A DNA stretch of 64,000 nucleotides. It comes from Ylistrum balloti (lineage: Eukaryota). Shown one piece after another: positions 40,297-53,130 of this stretch (position 1 is the stretch's first letter; each line of letters starts with the position of its first letter). The stretch is from assembly GCF_031769215.1 (NCBI RefSeq), contig NW_026782401.1:186001-250000 (forward strand). The letters run 5' to 3'. The translations under genes and the position numbers were made by a program. The notes under the pieces are model-generated. The model made no database searches, was not told the DNA's origin, and worked only from the letters and a program-made list of their open reading frames with translations.

Positions 40297-42857
40297 CAAT
40301 TTTGCGAACGTACCGATTCAAGAAGCATAACCCATGTAAAACGCCTGTAGAAGATATTTATGATACTGCCCATGATCTCCCTGCTGAGTGAGTAAACACA
40401 ATTTGACGTGCCCACAGAGAAATGGGGTGATGTAAGCGAGAGACTTGATGAAGAAGATGACATTTCTTTTCATTACGAGTATTTAAAATGCACAGTTTTG
40501 AATTAAAATTCGTTGTGTTAGTCTTACGGAGAACGTATGACAGTAATCCGTACGTAACACATACCTGGATATTACCAGTCTGTTACATTTTTTTAGGTCC
40601 GAGAAATTAATAAATTAATTTTGTGTCCTAATGTAGATTTTGTTTTGATTGTGAAAGAACCACATCACTATATTTTTACGAAGTTACTAAAAATATTAAG
40701 ATGGAAAACACCCCAAATATTTTGCTCAGATGCTCAAAAATGGTTCAGAAATTTCTTTTGGAAATAATCAGCAATGATTCTTTCAAGGTTCATCAGATGG
40801 TCCTGGAGAAAGATAATATGTTTGGCCTATTGTGTAAGGCTTGTTTAAGTCAGAAACAAGTATTAGGGGAGTGGGCCATTGTGCTGTGACCGATGAAGAA
40901 TATTTCCAACAACTACATATCATTTGAGATCCAAACACGCAAATCTTACAAATTCGTTATGTGGCAGGCGCCTGATGTTGGCCAGTGTCCATCTTAAACT
41001 GACCTACCTGTACAATTATATTGCGACGCGTTGAGTAAGGAATGAAGGTCCCATTCAAATTGATATTTATCTTTTGTCCTTAAATTTCTCATATCCAGCA
41101 TACCTTTGTTAGTAACCTGTGAATACGTTATACATATAGGGTGTGAAAACGCCAAACGTATTCTGAAGATAAAATAAGTTTACTTTTCCTATGAAAGTAG
41201 ACACACGATTGATACCAATTTTCGGGATGACCATAAAATTATATTTACTTTCTTCTCTCATTGAATAAGGAATAGATTGATATGCGGGCTAATTTCACGG
41301 CAAGCTTGATCACAGAGGAGAACCGAAATGTGAACTGCCGTAAAACTAGGCCCATAAATTCTTGGGGCTTTCTCGGAGCATTAAGTTAGCGTGCTGTTAA
41401 ATTAGAAGATCAAATCCTGACAAATCAGAGACGAGCTATCTTAGACATTTTAGTGTTTGTTTATAAACTTCTTCGTCATGCTCAGATATTTTTCCTTTCA
41501 CTTAAATCGAGATTTATCTGTAAATCAAACGATTTTTCTAAAGTATGGCGATACTTTTCGTTATATGACGTCAAATTAGTCATGTCAGCTGTGGTTTCGT
41601 TCAGATCACCCAGGTGACGAGCAACCGCGCAAGTTTATGGGCGCAACATGGAACAGCACACCCTTGTGATGAAAGAAAGCGAGATTGGTCGATGTCAATC
41701 GAAACTCCCTGAACAAACAACATAAAATCTACTACATTATGTTAGGCTGTAGGTCAGCTTTTCATATCTTTGAAATATTTTGGAAGAAATAAAGAGTAGT
41801 CGCGTTATTGCTATACTAAACATTTTATGCCTCCTTCGAAAAGATTTGTTTACCATTCGGAATTAATTCAGATTTTGTCTTCGGTGCGATGTAATAAATC
41901 AATTTTTATTTATCCTTCATTCAAAAGATTACTCGACAAATAAATAAACATGGTTGTGTGGTGACAATCTATCGCGGCTTTCATTAGTTATAAATTATGT
42001 TATGCTTGTATTTACATATGTCATTTATCCTATTTCTTTATTTGTATCAGTCTTGAGAATAGATGGTAGGATAATATGCGTAGATGAAACAACATTTTTG
42101 TTTTACTCTATTCTAAAAATGTTTTGTTGTATCATTTTAAGATAAAGATTAAAACATTCATAACTAATTATCTCCTCTACATCAAATGTAAGACATTTAA
42201 TAAAAATATTTACTATACATAAATAGCATAATATATGTGGATGTAAACGTTAAAAAAGTCTTTTTGTTCTAGTCGAAAATATACCAATTTAATTTCTAGG
42301 TAATTAAAATCAAGTGAAGAGCTATCAACGTATTAACGTTAAAAAGGATATGATAAATGAGCTTCATCAGATGTTATAATCACAGTGTTTTAATTAATAT
42401 CCCATAAGGTTACAGTTATAAGGTTTGTAAAAAGTTAACGATGATATGAAATATTCAAGAAAATCTAAGATCTGTTTTTTTCTTTCTTTTATTAATATAT
42501 GATTATTGAAAACACAATTATATCTAAATTGGCATTAGCCTTGCGTGGTTGAGTCTGTAATCATAAAGAATAAAGGAAACTTTTGATTTGAGCATTAAAA
42601 CCAAAGTTTATAGTCTAGTTTAAACGTTTAGTTATATTTATTTTTAAAAATTAGAAAAAAAATAAAAATATGAATCGCTGTTATTATTTCACGCAAAAAG
42701 CAACAATAGAATTAAATATAAATAGATCGGATGACATTTCATAATCAGCATATCGTCTTCACAACTAATTAATAAATCATGGTAAATTTCTCCATAAGGT
42801 AAGTTTCAACGAATAACATGTGTGATGATTGTTATCTCCCGATAACGATACAAAACA

Positions 42858-42873
42858 GCACCAGATGTCGCCC
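42858..42873 (+). promoter_or_regulatory. CTCF-like motif
   Basis: GCACCAGATGTCGCCC has two mismatches to CCASYAGRKGGCRS. Confidence 0.3.
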
Positions 42874-45130
42874 TGCGCTACTGAATCGTTTCAAACGTTG
42901 TTAGGATCTAACAATTGCTGTTATTTCATGCACATGAGCAATCAAACAAAAGCATATCTATGATTAAACATTAATCTTACATGTATCTTTTTTTTTAAAG
43001 ATTTAGACGTCGTAAACTTCACTGATTTAACATCTTGGCTCAATCAACTTAAAAGCTTACGTCTAGAATATGTATCTTTTTTGTTTTAGTCAACGACTTT
43101 GAAACCAAGAATTCACATAATATAATGCCGGGTATCTATTGTTTAAAATATTTGTATGGAGACGTCCTTGGAATAAATTTTATTCAAATTGCTGTTTTGC
43201 GAGAAGAGAAAGATAGTATCGTTGCTCTTATCGGGCCTTATCTGATTGATCTATATGCAAATATGTAATGAATCATTGATAATCAGTTCCCCGTGTGCTT
43301 GTAAATAAAATTAGTTTAACCTGCATATGTATCATGTTCACTTGTCAGAAATACAACCCAGGCATGTTTCTGCATCCTGACCTACAAGTTAATCCACTCT
43401 CAAGGATTCCTAAGGCAAATAATATATACTGCTTCTTAAACACTAATATCTATGCTTTTTTGACCATGAATTTATCTGAAATTAATTATCAAATTGTAAT
43501 TCAATATGAAAATAAATAAAAATAATAATAATCTACACTGGCTATCGATGATTTCTAGGACATAGCCTTAATTCTGATTAACCCTAGTTTATATAAACTA
43601 CACATATATATGTATCATACTGTGTCACTTATATTAGCATTATTGATACAGAGATGCTGGAAAACAATTTATACAAATCCGATTTAAATCCATGACTTTT
43701 ATCACTGTGATTTTTGCAAGCATTTTAAAAGTTTGATCTCATAAGTTATTCATCAAAACGTAATTTCATGATCATAAAAAAATATCTCCATATAGTTTAA
43801 TACTGATATAAATAAGACATAAATCCGATTTAATGCATGAGTACTTTTTTTAAAATCTATTTATTTCTTTTATTTGATATAGTGAAAAAAATTTAAATAG
43901 TGTAAAACCAGACAAATCTATTTAAATGACAGATTTATTTTGCATGAGAAATTGAATTTTATGTGATAATGGTCTTGTCCTGTTTCATTTTTATACATTA
44001 TCTTAAAAGTTTTAAATTTAACTATGCATTACCATAAAAACAGTGTATGGCATATATGCGTTTGAATCCACTGTATATCTAACGTGTATATGAACTTATG
44101 TCATCCTACAAATAGTATGGACATCAGGGCACCAAATGTTCCAATAATGTCCGGGTACTGGTCATGACCTTTCCGGTCAGTGATGCGCTGTAATGGTAAC
44201 TATTAGGTATATAGAAAACTTTGTGAAAGATTCGTATAAACACACCCTACAGGCTATACGAAAATCAATTTATTGGTTGGTGCTAAAACGTTTTGTCATC
44301 TGCTCCAATCCAAGGCTAGACACATATACACACAACTGGTTATGTAATTTTAATACTGGGTTAATTTATGCTTCTCCAGAATAATATCACTTTCCCTCTA
44401 TTGTTCCTTACCGATGTTTCCTCAATTTTAGCCGACGACTTCCCGTCCTTTTTACCCACTTCCCTGTCCCTTTTATCGTCTGTCAATCCTTCCCTTACTC
44501 TTGTTGGTAATGATTTCTTCAATTTGTCAACCTGACTAACCGTGACGATAAATGTCCCCATGTTAATTCATTCGTCTTACACACTGGTCGCTCTGTAAAC
44601 ATACCTGTTTCGATCGATACGAAACTGTTGTTCTAGCTCTATCAAACTGTCATAAAGTAAAGCTAATTTTATTTCATTAGCCACCTTTTCTATTATCAGT
44701 AGTTTGTTCGCGGCTGTAGGAATTTTAGCATCGGATTGATTTCGGATCAAATGACTTCCAAGTCTGGTGGATTGAAACACTTCCTTAAACCAGAAATATC
44801 GTCTTACACGAGATAAACGTACTCACGTCGTAAAATGGCGATATAAAGGATTGGACCTGGTAAATCACTGGCGTTTACTATTTGTAACGATAGTCCAAGT
44901 CGTCAGATGTTTAGCTGGTACACGTCAGAAGTGCTGACATCACAAACATATAGTCAACTAATCAAACGACCAACACAACATGATCAAGGTCAATATCAAA
45001 TACGAAAGGCTAATTTTGAATATTGAGGTTTCTTAACAAAAGCAATTGAATGATTTGATAAAAGTAATTAGTAATCTATGTAAATTATAAAGACGCCTTA
45101 TACAAAGAAAACTGAAACTCAGCTTTATTT

Positions 45131-45360
45131 TTCTCTCCCTGTTCCTTAAAAATTTCTGTACAACATTGATTGAACTTTCAATTAATTTTTGTCCCATGTA
45201 AGGGGTTTCGACCATTCTCTCTCTGTCTCTCTCCCTGTCTCCGAAAAATTTCTGTTAAACAAAAAAAATTAACTAATATTTGTTCCAAATTTTTGTTTTC
45301 TCTCTCTGTCTTTGAACATTTTCCTTACAACAAACATTGAACTTTCAGTTGATTTTTGTT
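45131..45360. repeat. Three degenerate ~70-95-bp related units
   Basis: CTCTCCCTGT...AAAAATTTCTGT at 45133 and 45229; TTGAACTTTCA at 45170 and 45337. Confidence 0.6.
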
Positions 45361-48300
45361 TTAGATCAGGATTCTGTTTATCTTATTTGAAAAATACCCC
45401 CTTAAGTACTTGATCCAATTTTAAATACTTGGACAAATTTTCACCCAACTTCTTTTCAATTGTGTTCCCCGTGACAGATCTACTCTTAGCAGTCCAGTGT
45501 TAATGTCTTATGTGAGCGGCCTTGTTGCGTGTCTTGTTTGTATCATGTCACAGTCGCCTTATTATGTACAACTCTACCCTATAATAGATCGGGAGTGATG
45601 TTAACATTATTTATGTATCAAAAAGACATGTCTGATATGTATATCTATATCATGATTACGGGTACAGGAAGAAACATGTTTATTTGTGAAGTAATTTCTG
45701 CCCATCCCATTCATAAATTTAATTCCCATGAGATTTAACAAATCTTGATACAAGAAAAATCAAATATGTTTTAAATATGTTCATGCTTAAGTAAACATTT
45801 AACAGTTAACCTGTCAGCCTTAAGATGTCTGTTATTTTCGCGATACTTCACCTAATTACCACTAGCAAGACACTTGTTCTTATCTTAATAAGTACAATAC
45901 AAGTTTTTAAGTATATTTCACTAAATGAAAACAATTTAATTGTTTGTCCCGTCAAGACTTGTAGCCATACGCCGATGAATAAGTACAGTTAAGATGTTTG
46001 TCCTTATCTCAATAAATAAAATTAAGACTTTAGACATATGCCTATGAGTAAGCAATTAAGACGTGCAACAGAATATCCTTAGCACAAATGGGATACTTTA
46101 CTATATAGTAATGTTACATTGTTAGACGATTGTTTTTATCTCAGTAAGAACGGTGTCTTTTCTTCCCTCATCCAGTAAAGACAATGAAGACACCTCTGTC
46201 TATCACTGCACTGCCAATAAGTACAACTTAAACGTCTATCTTGACTTTAGTACAGCTTGAAAACTACCTGTGTCAAGAAAACATGTCTTAAGTAAAATTG
46301 GGTCGAAAACCCATTGTGACTAATATTTGGATTCGATTGTTAAGTGTCTGGACTCCTTTTTTACTGGTTAATGTGGACTTGACCTTCAGTCATTTTGGTG
46401 ATAGATATTCTTGACTATTTAATGCTATACACCAAAGAAATAGCGAATATCTGAGCGTCTTCTCATTAATCTTAAATATTATTTTATATCTAGATTTCAT
46501 CTATTGAGCCGGAAATCGCTAGGAAAAAACTCTCATTGATTGTAAAATAATTATAACTTAAAGTGAAAATTACAGGTATATGTCTAATTTACAAAAGAGA
46601 GTCGGGTTGACGGATGAGTCACAAAGGGGGATAACACCGTCTCTAATTAACGAGAAATACAACTGTTTTCTGCACGAAATAAATTAAGATGAAATATGAG
46701 ATAAATCGTTACGGTAATGACTTTGGTCACGAATTACAAATTGTCTATACTTCCTTTCACATGTCATCGAATCGCTTCATCAACTCCCACAATCATATGT
46801 ATTAATACATCTTATATTTTTTTCGATGCAAATATGTGCATAATGAGCTATTTGAATATTCAAATATTCATTGCTATGTACTGATATGATACAAAGATCA
46901 CTCACAACCAAACTTCATTTTTTTCTACGTGAATGTCATTATGAATTAAGATTTTTAAAAGTTTGTCATCAACACACTTTAATCTGATAGTGAAGCAGCG
47001 ATCGCAAAATCCAATTAAGCAAGACATTCACATTTTTTTTTATCTTTGTGGGAGAACTACAATCAATTCATCAGCGGTTTCTTTGCAAATTGGCAATTTG
47101 TACATTTATGACATTTTTGTATATTTATCAAGTCTCTCGGAAATATGATATTTCAATGCAATCCATATTTATTGGTTCAATTAAGAAGACAATTTACAAA
47201 GGAAAAAAAGGTTCAGTGAGACGTCTCAGACAGCGACTTTTATTTAAAGATATCATGTCTGATTTTCCATTGGGATTAGAATGATGAATGTTTTTTTTAA
47301 AACTTCAATTTAACACGGGAACGTAAAATTTGTGTAGTTCATACAGATGTAGGTGTAACTACATGATGTTATCTCTAAGATAAACACCTTTCGATAATAG
47401 AACTTATCCCGGGACCATTCATAAACACCACCTCTCACATCTTTTATTAGAACTATTTCAACCCCTTGAAACTGTATCCAGTATTCCGAAAAAATTAAAA
47501 CTATTATGAAATTTCAGTTTCTAAAATTCCATTTAAAATTAACAACACCGAAATATAACCAATTAATGTATTTTTTTAGATAAGTTTCCATTTCGAATAC
47601 GAAAATAACTTTCATTTCATACAACATATACTATTTAACGAGCGAGAAACTAAAATTTCATTGTTGATGCCTATATAATGCATTGCATCCAGTTTCCGAT
47701 GTCAGCTATTATGTGCAGAAATAGCAAACTATGGACGGATAAAATACCACAAATATATAGTGTATAAAACTTTCACTGCAATCTGTATTCCGCAAAATAT
47801 TTTATGACAAAAGGTTTACAGGAGGATCTCAATCTGAATCGTAGTGGCGCTTGTCCCAGCTAACTGCACCTGCACCAAGCAGAAAACTATTCGTATCGTA
47901 AGTATCAGCATATCTCTGATTTGTTACTGTCGTGCAAAGCGTGTCGTAGATCTAGCATCTGTCATGGACATTCGTCCACATTTAGTGACTTTGGAGGTAA
48001 GAGTTTATGGGGAGTCCCACATGGCGACTGTCAGATCGCTGATTTGATTTCAGTATCGTTTTTTTCAGCATTCCGGAAAGCATGAAAGAAACCTTTCAAA
48101 GTAAAGTACATACTGAATGGATATCATTAGTGTGAGAAACCATCTTCGAAGTATAAAGTACTCTTAGAACCGGGTTCGATTTTTCTGTCCTACAACATAT
48201 AATACACACTATGTATTTACCTATATGTGAAATGAGACAATTCGAGATATGATATTACCCGTGAAATCAATTCTAAACGATAATTCAAATTAGTTTATAT

Positions 48301-51300
48301 TTTTGAAACTCGATCCCTTGGGGAGCCTCAGTCATCACTGTCATGTGACATGAGGACCACACCGACGAATCATTAGTTGAGTAGTATTATGCCTGTGATC
48401 AGCATGACAACTTCATAACGTCTTTGTAACCCCACGTGGGCTAACTGTATTATATTGAAAACATTGACTGTAACATTGTACAACATAATAACGTTTTGAA
48501 ATACACCTTTTCAGTGTAAAACAGCGGCTTCTAAAACTTTCGATAACGCAGTGGCGTCAAACTGAAAGTACGAAACAGCGGCTCTGAACCCAATGCTGAA
48601 TTGGCTTCAAAACGTAAAAACGATAAAGTACGAAACTTACGCCAAGAAAAAGAAAATACACGGTTACACAGTGATTCAATCACAACTTTGATCGTTAAAA
48701 CAACAATTTCGGGCTATACTTCATCAACACGACAAAGAAACAATTTTCATTGCCTTTCTGCTTCATAAAGCAGTTGTTTTAAAGTCCATCCGTGTGAAAA
48801 GCTAAATATGGCTTCATCTTTCTGAAAAGTCTGTCGTTTTCCATTGCATGATCGTACGACGCCCTAAATCCCTGTTCGGATTCAGAGCTTTCTTCCGTTC
48901 TTCCATGTCTTCAACTAAGGGGGCATTGAAAAAAACAAATTAGAACTGGTGCCCCCCAACCCCACTATTGCAACATTCGGTTTCTGTAATTACTAGTTTT
49001 TCTTTCCTGTCAGCACATTCATTCTTTGCACTATTATTTTCACTCTTGCTGCCCACCTTGTCCTAATATGACCCTGGCTGTTGCGAGAAAACAAAATAAA
49101 AAACTTCCTATTTTTCTATCAATTCTTCAATAATATTGGTGCGACTCTATTTTTCCCGCGCATTTTGATATTAATGGAAGTCGTTTGTCGTTTTGGACGT
49201 CATTAAAATGGCGTGCGTGTTCTGCTACAGCATGGATTTGGTTTATCACAATTATGGATTCAATGCAGTTAAAACAACAGCTTTTCATTTCCTTTATTAA
49301 ATTACAATGTTTCAAATACAAGATCATCTCCGTGAGAACTTTCCAATATGATGTCATAAATGACATTTATAGTGATTAATTCGTCATAGGATATCATGTC
49401 GTTCCGGTTACATGATAAAAGGTACGAGAATTACTCGATATCGGTATTGTTTGTCAACGTCTGGTGAATTTGATAAAGAAACACGACTACTTAGAAGTTA
49501 TTGAAACTTAATGATAGTCGTAGACTTATCGGGTCGGAACAATATGGCTATCTATTGATTACAACTAAAACACGAGAAACACGGAATCATACCTGATTAC
49601 ATTCGTCAGCACGCGCCTGTCCGTCACGTGAGTGTGGAATGCCGGGTAGACATGGGAGGTAATTAACTTGATGCATTTCACTGCTTTTACAAATATGAAA
49701 CATTAAAATCCATTATCGCAAATACAATAATCTAGTAAGGATTTCTCGTGTGTTACAACACCACTTAGTGAAAAAAGAAAAAGAAAAAAGAAGACACCAA
49801 GCAGTGTAGACTAACTACATGCATGTTATATATGTGCAAGACCTTTACAAGTTCATCGTTGACTTGCATTACATGTGACGATAACGTGTGACGTAATTCG
49901 TAATGCAATCGACATTTGCAATCACAATCGATAAGGCAGTGTAAAAGATAGCAGAAGAAAGTAAATAAACCTTGCTTATACAAATAAACACCAAACTAGT
50001 ATGTCTCAAATTTTGCATGACTATCTTAATACGACATTTTATAACTTTTTTTCCCAGTAAAAAAATCGTTGGTTAACTTAAAGTCATTAGTGATATTCAA
50101 CAGTACTGTAAAAAATAACCCTAACCCATGGTAAATGTAAATATCGGCCAATCAAAACGACAGCACTGATAACCCTGAAATGCAGTTTTATTTTCGAGGC
50201 GAGGTCTAGCAATAGGTAGAAAAACTGCGACAGGAAAACCAGTCAAAGCGGAAATTAGAATACCCATGGTAGATTGACTGATTATTTTTGTCGGCGTTAC
50301 TTTTAGGACGTCACAGACAGAAAACGATGTTATTTTAACGACACCAAAGACTGGCATTCCGACTTCTAATCATTTTCCATGTGTTTAATTGGTATAATTT
50401 ACATCCTTTTTTCCTCAACTTAAAAGTTGACTGGAAATAAACCAATCACCGGGAACAAGAAGGTGGAATTTTTACTCTCAATAATTCTTGGATTATCCTC
50501 GAAGTTAAAGCTCTCGATTATCCCCGGATTCGCGTTAGTTATAAACTTACAGGAAGAGATAGTATTATTCTATAACATAGATATCCAAGTAAAGTGGTCA
50601 TGTGACCCAATGGTATAAGATAGCGCAACTATCTCTCGTCAAATTTACCAGTATTAAGCCCTCACGATCAAACATTAAAGTGTAAGTGTGTGTGAAGCTA
50701 TTGCTATGATTAAAATTATTGCTTTTAAATAGATCAAATTTCAGCTTATTAATGCTGCAAAAATTTGTCACGCGACAATTTTATATAAGTAATACATTCA
50801 GTTTTACTGATATTTTCATTATGAAATTTAAGACTCATATAATTGACAAATATCTTTCTTTAAGACAGCTAAAATTATATTTTCCTGGGGTCATTGCTCT
50901 ATAACTTCAATTTTGACAACTGTTTAACATAATTGCTGCAAAATGTAACACAAATGTAAAGTCAAAGAAAGATTTGTGGATAAAACAATAACGATAAAAG
51001 ACATGTGATTATATAAACATGTGAAGTTAGCCAGGTATGTAAATGTAGATATATGTAGATAAAGCTGTTAATTTTAACACCATAGTGCTTAAGTTGATCG
51101 CATTAAGTATTCAAAACGTTATAAATGTAGATATTTCGGCTCGTAGCCATCAAGGTAACTTATGTGCGCTCGGCCGTTATAAATTTATAGACCACGCCGT
51201 TACGTTTGTCTACGGAAGTAATACTCGTAGTATAATTTACGAAACAGAGCCTGAGGCTGAAATGTATGCAAATATTGCCACCCAAGCCAAAGCGACAATT

Positions 51301-52217
51301 TATTCCAAGATTCTAGCTATAAATCACAAATAATTCTAGAGAGAGGCACTCTCGCTATTATAATGCACAAGACAGAAGAGGCGACATAATGACTCCAATC
51401 CGGAATATGTTAATTGTTTGCCACCCATGTTGTAATCTGAAGAAACAATAAACTGATTTAGCTATCACTGATGATTTAAGTATCCGGATATTTTTTCACC
51501 GGTACCCATTTTAAAACTATTTGTAACTTTATATAGATACACTGTTACAAGACAAAGAAGACCAGGCAAAATTTATCTAGCTTTTACATTGGCTCCAGAC
51601 GTCTTACGAATAAATGAAAAATTATACAAAAAGAAGACAAGATTTATGAATTAGAATAAATCACACTCTAATTAAAAATAACCATCGAGATGAGACTTTA
51701 CAAAACAGTGAAAAAGTATCCGTCTGTTCCGCTACTGTATCTGAACTTCTGGTCAAACAGGTAGTAACCTTTTCCACACGAGAGTATAGAACTTCACGCC
51801 CGCGCCGGAATGTTTGTCACCGAGTCCGTATATTTATTTAGAATGTGCCCAATAGATCATGGACTGCCACGTCAAATGGTTGGTGTTTATTGTTTAACAA
51901 AAGACCGGCGTAACGTTGTTTCACAGAGGTAATAAGAGCCATTAATTTTCTTCATGGTCCCAGCCCCACTAAAGATCCGAGCCGTCAACACCGTGTGGCG
52001 CTATTCAAGCTAATGGGAAGGAGGTTTGACAGGACCCAGATAGACTTTCTGTTTATGACGTTCCGCATACAGAATGGCTCCACACAGTATAGGAATGATC
52101 CGGACAGGCACAGAGTGGTGTTTTTTGTTAGAATATTTACAAAGCTGTCACGACCGAGTGAATACCATATTAAATCAAGTAAAATACTTAATGGTTAGAA
52201 TATTCTAAGTGTAATGG

Positions 52218-52238
52218 CAGGTTAAAAGTTTTAACCTG
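52218..52238. repeat. Perfect 10-bp inverted repeat with a 1-nt spacer
   Basis: CAGGTTAAAA-G-TTTTAACCTG. Confidence 0.9.
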
Positions 52239-52759
52239 TTTTTTAAATTAAATCTTATAAAAGATGATTTAAAATCGTGGTTAATTTTTTTTCGCATTGA
52301 AGCTTTACCTTGTTTTATAGTATTGCGCAATGTTTATGTTCGTTTAAGAATAATATTTAAAGAGACATTAAAAACTCTTTTGTGTTTAACAAATTTCAAA
52401 GAAAGCACCAATTATATATGGTGTCAGCAATATTTTTAAAATCAGCTTTTGAAGCGTTGAAGCGAACATTGTTTGTCGTTCACACTATAATCTCTTCCAT
52501 TGACTATCATGTTTCCACCCTTACCAGGATAGGCAGGTGCAAAATGCGGTACTCATGATATACATTTTAATAATCAAATTTAAATCTACTTTGAAACTAT
52601 CAAAACCACTTTCCCATTGCCTAAGTCACCAGAGCCTACGTGACGACGTTTCTATAGGCAAAATTGATATCGTTGTCACATTTGTTGTTGATTGGTCACG
52701 CTAAAACATCAAAATATCGGCGAAATTCAATGATTTGTATACTAATACAACTAAATCAT

Positions 52760-53130
52760 ATGTTCAGAGTACATCACCAGTAATCAGAAGTAGTGAGTAC
52801 ACGGTATCACACCACTGTTCTGTCATGTAACAGTAGTGAGTACGGGCTACGTGGTCTTCACAGCCAGACCCTCACGTGACCACATCCAGTAACGAGTACA
52901 ACCCGCGTGCTCTACTAAAACCAAACGCTATTATATAATGTATTGAGTATCGCCATGCGGTTTCGTCATTCGACCACATCGTGTATTCACAAGAGAATAC
53001 GCCCCGAGTTTTTTTTCACTACCACTTCGTACATTCAGTCAGTTGTGAGTACGTCCACGTGTTTCTCACACTACCATGCTTACTCCAACAGTGAGTATGT
53101 CCACGTGCTCCCAATACTACCACCCACTAC
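52760..53130. repeat. Ancient degenerate repeat with a recurring (GT)GAGTA(C/T) core
   Basis: Cores at 52767, 52795, 52838, 52894, 52945, 53047 and 53093. The last two units share GTGAGTAYGTCCACGTG. Confidence 0.55.

Noticed and set aside
40236-40463. MSSSSSSLSL... ORF as Post1 exon 1
   Set aside because: Only weak phase-1 donors (GTATCA, GTAGTA, GTATTG) are present and I recognise no Post1 N-terminal motif. It is kept only as an unproven candidate.
43675-43833. 13-bp direct repeat AAATCCGATTTAA as a target-site duplication
   Set aside because: It is AT-rich and the intervening 133 bp has no TE features.
45570-45600. miR-10 family microRNA (TACCCTATAATAGATC)
   Set aside because: The seed does not match ACCCUGU and there is no pre-miRNA hairpin. 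I found no miR-10, miR-993 or miR-196 mature sequence by eye anywhere in the window.
48780-48950. LINE RT QGFR motif (SESEQGFRASYDH, minus)
   Set aside because: Four-residue match only; downstream RT motifs were not found.
52935-52990. Minus-strand hammerhead (GTC-GAAT-GAC-GAAAC)
   Set aside because: The CUGANGA box is not matched, there is no stem I, and G16.2 is absent.
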